Assembly: GCA_964621065.1 (NCBI GenBank)
Contig: CAZULG010000003.1
Coordinates: 34,849-98,848, forward strand
Origin: an uncultured Methanosarcinales archaeon
GTDB lineage: Archaea > Nanobdellota > Nanobdellia > Woesearchaeales > UBA583
Direction of reading: 5' to 3'
DNA length: 64,000 nucleotides
Each line of letters starts with the position of its first letter. Within the stretch, counting starts at the first letter, position 1. A program made the position numbers and the translations under genes. This document shows, piece after piece, positions 50,644 to 60,250 of this stretch. Under the pieces are notes generated by a model. The model worked only from the letters and a program-made list of their open reading frames with translations. It did not search any database and was not told the origin of the DNA.

Positions 50644-50771
50644 ATCTCAATACGAAGAGAATATATTATGAAAATTACTTAATAAGGCTTATCATATTAA
50701 TATAATATACTCTTCTTCTCTTCTATGAAGTAATGATATAGATTTTTAATAGAAATGATGTATAAATTAAT

Positions 50772-52415
50772 ATGGTTGAGAGGCAACATTTTTCTAAAAC
50801 ACAAACGTTTGAAGATGCCTTAAATAAATTTGAGCATTTGAGAAATTATGTTCAAAAATATTCATTGCAAGGAGGAAATCCTGAGTTTAGAGTTCAATTA
50901 GATAGATCACTTCGTGAAGTTAATAATCCAAATATTATTTATCCAGTTGGTGATCCTATTTTTAATCATGTGCACAAAGATGAAAATGGAGAAGTAATGG
51001 TGACTTCAATAATGCCTGAGTTAAGCGATGAAGAAGTTGATCTCTATGAAGCAGTGCTTGATAGAATTATTGAAGTAGCTCATACAGCAGAAATTCCAAA
51101 AACACTAGAGGAACTTAGAGATGTTATTATCTCGCTATATAATGAAGTAACAGAGGTAATTGATTCTCAAGAAAAACCTACGATTTTTTCATCATTTAAA
51201 CATAGAATTAAACTTACTCAACATCAATACGAGGTGATTCAATTTCACTTGATTAAAGATAGACTTGGGTACGCAAAACTTGAGCCGATTTTACGTGATA
51301 TGTATATAGAAGATGTTTCTTGTGTAGGAGTTGGTTCAGTATTTGTTGTGCATAAAATATTTGGTTCAATTAAAACAAGTACAACATTTTCTAGTGATTT
51401 AGAGTTAAATAAATATATGGTTGAATCATCAGAGCGAGTAGAGAGACCCGTTTCAGAAGCAAATCCTGTTGTAGATGCAATTATGCCTGATGGGTCGCGT
51501 GTAAATTATATTTATTCAAGAAAGATTTCACTCAATGGTTCATCGTTTACAATTCGTAAATTTAATGAATCACCAATTTCTGTGACAAATCTTGTTGGAT
51601 GGGGAACATGGTCTGCTGAAATGGCTGCATACTTGTGGTTGTGTTGTGAGAATGGAATTTCAATTTTTGTGTGTGGAGAGACAGCGAGTGGTAAAACAAC
51701 AACTCTCAATGCAATGACTGCATTTATACCCTATGATAATAAGGTGTATTCTGTGGAACAAACTCCTGAGATTACAATTCCACATCCTGTTTGGCAACAT
51801 TTAGTGACAAGAGAGTCAGGGCAAAAAACTGATGTGACAATGTTTACACTTTTAATTGCATCGCTTCGTTCAAGACCTGATTATATTATTGTTGGAGAGA
51901 TTCGTGGTCAAGAGGCAAATATTACATTTCAAGCTATGCAAACAGGGCACCCTGTTATTTCAACATTTCACGCGGGTTCTGTTCACTCAATGATTCAACG
52001 TTTATCGGGTGATCCTATTAATATTCCAATTGCGTTTATGGATAACTTAAATGTAGTTTTAATTCAATCAGCAGTATATGTAAATGGAAAAATGGAGAGG
52101 CGAGTACTCTCAATTACTGAGTTAATTCGATATAGTGATGAAGTTGGAAAAGTACTTACAAAAGAAGTTTTCACGTGGGATAGTCAACACGATAAACATA
52201 TGTTTAGAGGACTATATAACTCTCATATATTAGAACATAAAATTGCACAACACATTGGTCTTGAAGACCCGCGTGAGATTTATGAAATAATGAAGAGACG
52301 CACAAAAATAATGGAAGGGTTCATGGAGCATAAGCTACAAGATTACTTTGAATTGGTTGAAGTATTGAAGAAATTTGGAAGAGATGGGGAGCGAGCGTTA
52401 CCATTTACTGTTTAA
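50772..52415 (+). CDS. flaI: Archaellum/type IV secretion ATPase ArlI (FlaI)
   Basis: PNIIYPVGDPIF.H, IEDVSC.G, GETASGKTT, LRSRPDYIIVGEIRG and TGHPVISTFHA. Confidence 0.92.
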   Translation: MVERQHFSKTQTFEDALNKFEHLRNYVQKYSLQGGNPEFRVQLDRSLREVNNPNIIYPVGDPIFNHVHKDENGEVMVTSIMPELSDEEVDLYEAVLDRIIEVAHTAEIPKTLEELRDVIISLYNEVTEVIDSQEKPTIFSSFKHRIKLTQHQYEVIQFHLIKDRLGYAKLEPILRDMYIEDVSCVGVGSVFVVHKIFGSIKTSTTFSSDLELNKYMVESSERVERPVSEANPVVDAIMPDGSRVNYIYSRKISLNGSSFTIRKFNESPISVTNLVGWGTWSAEMAAYLWLCCENGISIFVCGETASGKTTTLNAMTAFIPYDNKVYSVEQTPEITIPHPVWQHLVTRESGQKTDVTMFTLLIASLRSRPDYIIVGEIRGQEANITFQAMQTGHPVISTFHAGSVHSMIQRLSGDPINIPIAFMDNLNVVLIQSAVYVNGKMERRVLSITELIRYSDEVGKVLTKEVFTWDSQHDKHMFRGLYNSHILEHKIAQHIGLEDPREIYEIMKRRTKIMEGFMEHKLQDYFELVEVLKKFGRDGERALPFTV

Positions 52416-52457
52416 TAATATAATATGATAATAATTGATAATGAGAGGCCATAGCTT

Positions 52458-54125
52458 ATGAACAAAAAAACATACAACGCACTGGGGATGACTTCAGGAA
52501 AAGAGTACTTGACAAAGTACGTTTTTCCTATTTTAATTTTAAATGTAATTATGCTTTTAGTTGTTCTTTTAGGGTTTGACCAATTTGTGATTCGAGCATT
52601 TGCAGTATTATTATTTATCATCATTATTGTACTTATTATGGTCTATCCAATTTTGATTTTAGACTCCCAAAAGCGTGATATTGATGAAAATTTGCATTAC
52701 TTTATTACATACGCAGGAGCTCTCTCTACCATTAATATGGGAAGAAAAGAATTGTTTTATGATTTTTCTCAAAAAAATAGATATCGAGAAATATCTAAAG
52801 TATTTATGAAAATTTATTATCTTGTTCAAAGTATTAAAGTAGATTTTTCAACTTCAGCGTATAAAGTAGCAAAAACGCTCAAAACTGAGCATTTCTCAAG
52901 ATTTTTGGAGAGAATGGGAGTTTCCCTATCGTTCAACTCAGACATGCAAAAATTTTTCTTAGACGAACAAAAGGCAATGATGGACTCATACGCTGTTGTA
53001 TATACTGAGAGCTTGGAGAGAATTAAACTTGTTCAGGAGATGTATGTCTCATTAACACTCGCTTTTGCTTTTTTAATGTCAACAATACTACTTCTTCCCT
53101 TCTTAACAGGTCTTGATCCTGTGTATATGATGCAAATAGGATTGCTTGGTTTAGTATTATTAAATGTTATGATGCTTGTATTCATTAAATTTTTTCTACC
53201 CAGAGATAAATTATTTCATTCATTAGGGTATGAGAAAGGAAGAGTAAATATAATAAAGTGGTTTTTGATATCAGTTGTTATAGTTATGCTTATTCTGCCA
53301 TTTGTAATGAGATTTGATGTTCCACTAATGACTAAAATTGCAATACTTGGAACTCCGCTATTACTTTCTGGATGGTATGCGAGAAAAATTGAAAAAGAAG
53401 TGTGGGATATGGATGTATTATTCCCATCATTTATCCGATCATTTGGTGATGTTCATGAGTCAAAAGGAGGAACACTTACAACAACAATTGAAACTCTTTT
53501 ACCTCATAACTTTGGTATATTAGATGGGATGATGAATCGTGTGTATAAGAGATTAAAAATCACAAGTGATAAGTTTAATTCTTGGTATTATTTTTCAAAA
53601 GAGAGTGGTTCTGCTTTAATTGCAGAATTTACAGATATTTTCATCTCAGTTGTGTATAGAGGAGGTTCTGCTCAAATTGCAGGAGAGATTGTGAGTGACA
53701 ATATGTCTCGAATTAATGGTTTAAGAGATCAAAAAAAAGAAATTGTCTCAACATTTCGAGGAAATATTTATGGTTCATTTTTTGGAATTGCTCTAACAAT
53801 TTACGTATCATTATTAGTCTCAGTTGTGTTGTTTGATATTTTTGGAGATATTACCTCAAATGTTGATGAATTAGCAATTGACTTAGTTGGAGACATATTT
53901 CCAGAAAATATTGATGCTGATTTTCAAAGTATAACTCTCTATGTTGCAATTATGCTTGTGTTTCAAGCATTTTTCTCATCATATTTAGTTAAGCAAGTAG
54001 ATGGAGGTCATCCACTCTCGGGTCTTGTTGATGTTACAATTATGCTCTGGATTGGTGCAATGACAGAAGTTATTTTAACGTATGCATTTACTTCAGTGTT
54101 CTCATCATACTTTGGACTTGCATAG
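52458..54125 (+). CDS. flaJ: Archaellum platform protein ArlJ (FlaJ)
   Basis: Multi-TM protein with FITY.GALS, FLER, FPSFIRS.G, ESGS.LI..F and VDGG; follows flaI. Confidence 0.9.
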   Translation: MNKKTYNALGMTSGKEYLTKYVFPILILNVIMLLVVLLGFDQFVIRAFAVLLFIIIIVLIMVYPILILDSQKRDIDENLHYFITYAGALSTINMGRKELFYDFSQKNRYREISKVFMKIYYLVQSIKVDFSTSAYKVAKTLKTEHFSRFLERMGVSLSFNSDMQKFFLDEQKAMMDSYAVVYTESLERIKLVQEMYVSLTLAFAFLMSTILLLPFLTGLDPVYMMQIGLLGLVLLNVMMLVFIKFFLPRDKLFHSLGYEKGRVNIIKWFLISVVIVMLILPFVMRFDVPLMTKIAILGTPLLLSGWYARKIEKEVWDMDVLFPSFIRSFGDVHESKGGTLTTTIETLLPHNFGILDGMMNRVYKRLKITSDKFNSWYYFSKESGSALIAEFTDIFISVVYRGGSAQIAGEIVSDNMSRINGLRDQKKEIVSTFRGNIYGSFFGIALTIYVSLLVSVVLFDIFGDITSNVDELAIDLVGDIFPENIDADFQSITLYVAIMLVFQAFFSSYLVKQVDGGHPLSGLVDVTIMLWIGAMTEVILTYAFTSVFSSYFGLA

Positions 54126-54257
54126 AGCAATTATCAATTTTTCAATGATTTATTCTATATCGTTCATATGATAATTGTTCATTAATTGAAGTTTAGAAAG
54201 TTTTCTATTTATAATATGCTCAATATTTATAAACTCACTTTTAGAGGTAATAATATA

Positions 54258-56171
54258 ATGGTTGATGCGTCACAATTTTACTTTCCTTATCCTAACGTGC
54301 GAAGTGGTCAAGACAAATTTATGAGCACTGTATATGAGACAATAGAACATAATAAAACATTACTTGTGAGTGCACCTACAGGGCTTGGAAAGACAATTTG
54401 TTCACTTGCACCAACACTTACTCAAGCGATAAGATATAATAAGAAAGTTGTTTATTTAACGTCACGTCAAACACAGGTGAATCAAGTGCTTGAAACGTTG
54501 AACCACATTAATCAAAAACGAATTGAGGCTGGAAAGGAGAAAATGAGAGCGACTGCGTTTATTGGAAAAAAGAATATGTGTTATACTCCTATAAGTGGTG
54601 AGCATCCTGATCCTTCAATTAAGTGTAAGCGAAGTAAAGTTCCTGGAAAATGTGCACAGTGTAAAAATACAAAAGATCAAATTGAGTATGAAGATTTATC
54701 AGTGATGCTTGAAGATGTAAATTCAATTGAAGAATTTATTACTATTTGTCGTAGAGAAGGATTTTGTCCATATACTGTTGCAAATTTAGAACTCAAAAAA
54801 AGTGATATTGTTGTGTGTGATGTGAATTATGTATTTGTACCTACAATTGCTGAGTTATTTTTATCTTCTTTTGGAGTGAGTTTGGAGGATTGTATTATTA
54901 TTGCAGATGAAGCGCATAACTTGCCAGATAGAATTCGAAATTCACACTCACATTCTATTTCTACACAAACGATTCAATTTGCAAAAGAAGAATTAAAGCA
55001 GTGTCAAATGGATACAACAAAACAAAATCTAATTTTAAATCATTTGAAAAAGACACTTGAGATATTGTATTCAACAAAAAAAGAATTTAATACACAAGAG
55101 TATTATTTAGAGAAAAATGAGTTTTTGTATCAATTTGAATCAACATTAGGGGAAGATGCAAAGCCAAAACAAATTATTGAATTACTTGAAGAAATAGAAG
55201 ATCATATTTTGCAACATGAAATTAAATCAACAAGTTGGTGTGGGAGTATTGCGCGCTCAATTCAATATGCATATGATTTTGAGACAAAAAATTCTGTTTT
55301 TACACTTGAAATTACACAACAAAAAGGAGTTGAGCATTACAGTGTGTCAATTAAATGTTTAGATATTGCAAAATTTATTCAACCAATTTTTAAAGAAGCG
55401 TTTGCAGGGTTGATTATGTCAGCGACACTCACTCCCTTGACAATGTATCGAGATGTGATGGGAATTGATCATAGTGAACTCTTAGAGCTTGATTCTCCGT
55501 TTATGGCGCAGCGGCAAAAAATTATTATTGATGATGAAATTACAACGCAATATTCTCAGAGAAGTGCAGATATGTTTAGAATTATTGCTCTGCATGTTGA
55601 GGAGTATTTGAATGCAGATGATTCAAAAAATGCTCTAGTATTTTTCCCATCATATTCGTTTATGCAAAAAGTGGTTGATGAGATGCATCTATTGAAATTG
55701 AATCGAAGAATTATTAAAGAACAACGAGGGCTCTCTCAAGATGATAAAAATGAGATTATTGCAAAATTTAAACATAAAGGGGGAGTGAATCATAAATCGT
55801 GTGTGTTATTTGCTGTCACTTCAGGTTCATTTAGTGAGGGAATTGATTTACCAAAAGAAGCCTTGGAGATGGTATTAGTTGTTGGAATTCCTCTGGGAGT
55901 TCCAGATTTATTTACAAAAGCTCTGATGCGCTATTATGAGCGAAAATTTCGAAAAGGACAGTTGTATGGATATGTTGCTCCTGCGATTTCAAAAATTACA
56001 CAAGCAGCAGGAAGATGTATTCGAAGTGAAGAAGATAGAGGACTTGTGGTGTTAATGGATAAGCGATTTTTGTGGACAATGTATGCGATGAATTTCCCCT
56101 CTTTTTGGAAACTGGAGAAGCGTACACCTGATGTGAAGGAGCGTATTCAGGCATTTTTTGAAGATGATTAA
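54258..56171 (+). CDS. XPD/Rad3-family Fe-S DNA helicase
   Basis: R.GQ, APTGLGKT, Cys cluster, CPY, DEAHNL, SATL.P, FFPSY, SEGID and QAAGRCIRS..DRG. Confidence 0.95.
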   Translation: MVDASQFYFPYPNVRSGQDKFMSTVYETIEHNKTLLVSAPTGLGKTICSLAPTLTQAIRYNKKVVYLTSRQTQVNQVLETLNHINQKRIEAGKEKMRATAFIGKKNMCYTPISGEHPDPSIKCKRSKVPGKCAQCKNTKDQIEYEDLSVMLEDVNSIEEFITICRREGFCPYTVANLELKKSDIVVCDVNYVFVPTIAELFLSSFGVSLEDCIIIADEAHNLPDRIRNSHSHSISTQTIQFAKEELKQCQMDTTKQNLILNHLKKTLEILYSTKKEFNTQEYYLEKNEFLYQFESTLGEDAKPKQIIELLEEIEDHILQHEIKSTSWCGSIARSIQYAYDFETKNSVFTLEITQQKGVEHYSVSIKCLDIAKFIQPIFKEAFAGLIMSATLTPLTMYRDVMGIDHSELLELDSPFMAQRQKIIIDDEITTQYSQRSADMFRIIALHVEEYLNADDSKNALVFFPSYSFMQKVVDEMHLLKLNRRIIKEQRGLSQDDKNEIIAKFKHKGGVNHKSCVLFAVTSGSFSEGIDLPKEALEMVLVVGIPLGVPDLFTKALMRYYERKFRKGQLYGYVAPAISKITQAAGRCIRSEEDRGLVVLMDKRFLWTMYAMNFPSFWKLEKRTPDVKERIQAFFEDD

Positions 56172-56179
56172 AGATTGCT

Positions 56180-56194
56180 TAAAGCTTCGCTTTA
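56180..56194. terminator. Short hairpin (GCGAAGC core on the minus strand) between convergent genes
   Basis: TAAAGC-TTC-GCTTTA. Confidence 0.45.
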
Positions 56195-56200
56195 GAATAT

Positions 56201-56617
56201 TTATGAAGATTCATCCCAAATGATATCAAACCATTGTTTCATAGTTTTTGAATATTTTGTGTCTTTTATGATTGTTCCACTTAAAGAGTTTGTATCAATA
56301 ATTGCTACAGTATCATCCCAGATAATGAGAGAATAATCAATCGTTGCTTGTTTTGGAGATTGTTTGACTTCTTTTAGATAAAAATCATATTTTTTATGCT
56401 TTGCTTTATCATTATTTTGAGAATAAAAACGAAGTGATTTTAAGAGAATTTGTTGCTCCCTTCTTTTATTCATATACTCATCTGCATAATCTTGTCCTAC
56501 CAAATAAATAAGTGGTTTATGTGAGAGAGCAGTTCTCATCATTTTTTCATTATTAGTTAGAGTTTTTTCAAATAATACTTTTAAGTCTTTAGCATTATTG
56601 ATATAGCTAACATCCAT
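56201..56617 (-). CDS. TrmB-like C-terminal domain protein lacking the HTH
   Basis: Y..KR....I, IWDDTVAII and GTIIKD....TMKQWFD.IW. Confidence 0.6.
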   Translation of the reverse strand: MDVSYINNAKDLKVLFEKTLTNNEKMMRTALSHKPLIYLVGQDYADEYMNKRREQQILLKSLRFYSQNNDKAKHKKYDFYLKEVKQSPKQATIDYSLIIWDDTVAIIDTNSLSGTIIKDTKYSKTMKQWFDIIWDESS

Positions 56618-56694
56618 AGTATTTGAATAATTAATTTATTTATAATTCTATTCACTTCTAAAAATACTTTTTTTTCAAAGCTTCTTCTGAAGTT

Positions 56695-57555
56695 TTAATT
56701 CTCCCATTTTGGATAACATCCTAAGAGTTTGAAATATTCACTCTCTTTTTTGATTTTTGAGAGAATATGTGAGTAATACTTATCTTCTAAATTTATCTCA
56801 ATGTCAAATAAGAAGATATATTGAAAATGCTTTTGAGGATGAGGTTTTGAAATGATTCGTGTAATATTAATTCCTTCAAGATAAAATATTTGAAGTACCT
56901 TATATAATGAACCAACTTTATCTTTTAATTGAACTAAAAATGTAGATTTGTTTTTCTCAGGTAAGCTTGATTCGAATTCGTATTGTTGGGCTTTTTGTTT
57001 TACAAGAACAAATCGTGTTGTATTTCCTGAGTGATTTTCAATGTTTTCTTGAACAACAACTCCACCATAAATAGATGTTGCATATTTGGGTCCAATAGCG
57101 TATAACTTTTTAGTCGGATTATTTTGAATATATTGTACAGCTCCCGCAGTATCTTTACCCTCTAATGTTTGGAGTCCATAGTGTGTTATGAAATCGCCAC
57201 ATTGAAGAAGTGCTTGAGGATGAGAGAGTACTTTAAATTCTTCTTGAATTGAACGTTTGAACGTATTATAATTATGCTCAGATTGAATGAGACAGTGATG
57301 GATTTCAAGCTCAACTTCTGCTACGATTTGAATATCATATTTAATGAATAATTCATTATTTTGATTTACATTTCCTGCAATTGAATTCTCAACTGGGATG
57401 AGTGCAAGTGTATTCTTATTAATACTCTCAAATAACTCTTTGAAGAAAAATTCATTTTCTAAATGTTGGGCATTAATATTATATGTTGAGCAGAGGAGTT
57501 GAAGTGCTTGAGAAGAATACGAACCATTGAGTCCTTGAAACATAATTGAGTTCAT
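56695..57555 (-). CDS. pheA: Prephenate dehydratase with ACT domain
   Basis: FQG..GSYS, IPVENSIAG.V, IHHCL, SHPQAL.QC, N.TRF, GSLY.VL and INITRI.S.P. An AGGAG SD-like motif precedes ATG 57555. Confidence 0.94.
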   Translation of the reverse strand: MNSIMFQGLNGSYSSQALQLLCSTYNINAQHLENEFFFKELFESINKNTLALIPVENSIAGNVNQNNELFIKYDIQIVAEVELEIHHCLIQSEHNYNTFKRSIQEEFKVLSHPQALLQCGDFITHYGLQTLEGKDTAGAVQYIQNNPTKKLYAIGPKYATSIYGGVVVQENIENHSGNTTRFVLVKQKAQQYEFESSLPEKNKSTFLVQLKDKVGSLYKVLQIFYLEGINITRIISKPHPQKHFQYIFLFDIEINLEDKYYSHILSKIKKESEYFKLLGCYPKWEN

Positions 57556-57682
57556 ATTCAAAAAACTCCTATCTTCTTTATATGTATTTTGCATGTGATA
57601 TATTATAGAATTATTTTCTCATAAAAGACACATATAGAAATCTTCTTGTTTATTGATTTGATTAGTGCTTAGAAGTAGTATT

Positions 57683-57795
57683 GTACGTGTAAGCAAACAT
57701 CCCAAAAATAATGGGATATGTACTTGTTGTTTGTTAGTTACGTCCACAAGTTGCGTTTCTTGTGTACATATGATATGGTAGAAACTATATATAAA
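57683..57795 (-). promoter_or_regulatory. Structured leader (TATA, 11-codon uORF, alternative helices) upstream of pheA
   Basis: TTTATATA at 57795-57788, uORF MYTRNATCGRN at 57769-57734 and several overlapping inverted repeats. Confidence 0.5.
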
Positions 57796-57909
57796 TCTTG
57801 TTTGAAACTAGCGTAAATTTCCAACAATTTCAAAAAACTCTTAGAAACTATAATTCATAACTTATAAGTAGTTCTATTAAATAAAATAATTATTCATCAA
57901 CAAATTTTT

Positions 57910-60213
57910 ATGTTTGATAACTTTAAAGATGTTGAAATTGTAAAACATGGGATGATTTCAATATTAAAATTTAATTATTTGAATAAAGACATATTTCCAA
58001 CACTAAGTGATAATCCTGTTGTGATGAGAGATACAATTCAAAAACTTATTCAAAATCCCTCTGTTACTAAAATTTTATTTGTTCATAATAAAAACTATGA
58101 ACATTCTTATGAGCACGTTCAAATCCTTCGACAAATTGGAGAAGTTCATGTAAAGTTGACTCATGAAAAAAAATTATTTCAACCAATTGAGCAGATGAGA
58201 TCTCAACTCGGAGATGAACAGACTAAATTCTTTTTCAATAAATATTCTTTTCTACAAAACATCATTATTAAAGATATTTTATCAGATCCAATTGGAGCGT
58301 ATGTTAAAATTATTCGAGAGCTTCGTGAATATAAACACTCTTCTCACTCAATTGTGCTTCCCCAGGGATTTGAAGAGATTAATGAACAGTATGTAGCAGC
58401 GCTTGAATACATTAAAATGCTTCTTGAGTCAACATATCTTATTCATTCTATTAAAGATTCACTTGCTGGACATAAAGTTGGTTCAAGAGATAAATACCAA
58501 TTATTTTTTCAACCAAATATTAAACCCAATTTTGTATTTACATCACTTCAAAAGAAAATTCCAATTGATGCAAAAGAGATAGATTCATACGATATAGAAG
58601 GTGGAAAGGTGAGAATTTTTAGTATGGATAATGAAGCATATAATTTATACCATTTAACACCAATTGAGTTTGAACTAAGTGAAGAAAAATATCAAATACT
58701 CAATTTAGCAAAAGAAGTTCTTGCAGAGCACGCTCCTGAATCAAGTGATTTTATCAGTCCTGAGCGATTGAGAGAAGTATTTTATAACATTTCAAAAGAC
58801 TTAGTTGAGGAAATTTCTGAGTTTAAGCAAGTTGAATTAAACAGAAAAGATGTTGATGAATTATCAAACATTTTAATTCGCTATACTGTAGGATTTGGAC
58901 TTGTTGAATTATTACTTGGAGATGATAATGTTCAAGATATTTCTGTAAATTCTCCTGCAAACAGGACTCCGATTTTTTTAACGCATGCAATGGCTGAAGA
59001 TTGTCGAACTAATATTATTCCAGAGCAAGATGAGGTAGAAGGATGGGCGTCACGTTTGAGAATGATTTCAGGAAAACCACTTGATGCATCAAATCCACTT
59101 TTAGACACAGAAATAGAAACTCCTCTTGCAAGAGCTCGTGTGAGTGCTTTGGGTGCACCATTGAATCCATATGGACTCGGGTTTTCATTTAGAAGACACA
59201 GAGATAAACCCTGGACATTATTGTTATTTATGCAAAACAATATGATCTCACCACTTGCTGCGGGAGTATTATCTTTTATCGTTGATGGAGCAAGAACAAT
59301 GCTCATTGCAGGAACAAGAGGTTCAGGAAAATCATCATTTTTAAGCGCTATTTTAATTGAGATTATGCGAAAATTTAGAATTATTACTGTTGAAGACACA
59401 CTTGAGATTCCAACACTTCAATTTACTGAATTGGGGTATAATTTGCAATCAATGAGTGTGCGATCAGCACTTTCAACGACTAATGAAGGATTTAGTGCAG
59501 ATATGGGAATTCGATCAACTTTGAGGCTTGGAGATAGTTGTTTGATTGTTGGAGAGGTGCGTTCAACTGAAGCATTAGCACTTTATGAGGCGATGAGAGT
59601 AGGTGCTTTAGCTAATGTTGTTGCAGGAACTATTCACGGGGATTCTCCGTATGGTGTGTATGATCGGCTTGTAAATGATTTAAAAGTTCCAAAAACTTCG
59701 TTTAAGGCAACAGATGTTGTTATAGTTGCAAATCCTGTGAAATCTTCAGATGGATTGGAGCGAAAGAGGAGGATTACACAAATTACAGAGATTCGAAAAA
59801 ATTGGGAAGAAGATCCAGAACTTGAAGGAGGATTTTGTGATTTGTTTAAGTATAACGCAAAAACAGACACACTTGAGATTAGTGATGATTTATTGAATGG
59901 CGATAGTGAATTATTAAAATCAATTGGTGCAAATGTGAAGCAGTGGGCTGGGAATTGGGATGCAATTTGGGATAATGTGGAACTTAGAGCAAAAGTGAAG
60001 CAATTTCAACTTGAGCATGCTCAAGAGATTAATTGTCATGATTTACTTGAAGCAAAAAGTGTGATTGACGCTAACGATCAATTCCATAAAATTTCTCAAC
60101 GCGTTAATAATGAAGAAGGATTTTTGAATTCAAAAACAATATATAGAGAATTTGAGAGTTGGTATCGTGGGTACGCTAAGAAAAAAATGGAGGAGATGAA
60201 GGTTAAGAATTAA
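57910..60213 (+). CDS. Type II/IV secretion (CpaF/VirB11/TadA-like) ATPase with long N-terminal extension
   Basis: GFGLVELLL.D, AGTRGSGKSS, VEDTLE, LRLGDS.LIVGEVRS.EA and GTIHG. Confidence 0.92.
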   Translation: MFDNFKDVEIVKHGMISILKFNYLNKDIFPTLSDNPVVMRDTIQKLIQNPSVTKILFVHNKNYEHSYEHVQILRQIGEVHVKLTHEKKLFQPIEQMRSQLGDEQTKFFFNKYSFLQNIIIKDILSDPIGAYVKIIRELREYKHSSHSIVLPQGFEEINEQYVAALEYIKMLLESTYLIHSIKDSLAGHKVGSRDKYQLFFQPNIKPNFVFTSLQKKIPIDAKEIDSYDIEGGKVRIFSMDNEAYNLYHLTPIEFELSEEKYQILNLAKEVLAEHAPESSDFISPERLREVFYNISKDLVEEISEFKQVELNRKDVDELSNILIRYTVGFGLVELLLGDDNVQDISVNSPANRTPIFLTHAMAEDCRTNIIPEQDEVEGWASRLRMISGKPLDASNPLLDTEIETPLARARVSALGAPLNPYGLGFSFRRHRDKPWTLLLFMQNNMISPLAAGVLSFIVDGARTMLIAGTRGSGKSSFLSAILIEIMRKFRIITVEDTLEIPTLQFTELGYNLQSMSVRSALSTTNEGFSADMGIRSTLRLGDSCLIVGEVRSTEALALYEAMRVGALANVVAGTIHGDSPYGVYDRLVNDLKVPKTSFKATDVVIVANPVKSSDGLERKRRITQITEIRKNWEEDPELEGGFCDLFKYNAKTDTLEISDDLLNGDSELLKSIGANVKQWAGNWDAIWDNVELRAKVKQFQLEHAQEINCHDLLEAKSVIDANDQFHKISQRVNNEEGFLNSKTIYREFESWYRGYAKKKMEEMKVKN

Positions 60214-60250
60214 TAGTTATATTTATATATTCTAAATTTATAATATTTTT

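Noticed and set aside
58932..59870. Long antisense ORFs inside the secretion ATPase (likewise inside gyrB, AMP phosphorylase, mutS and flaI)
   Set aside because: Codon-bias shadows of well-conserved genes on the opposite strand or frame.
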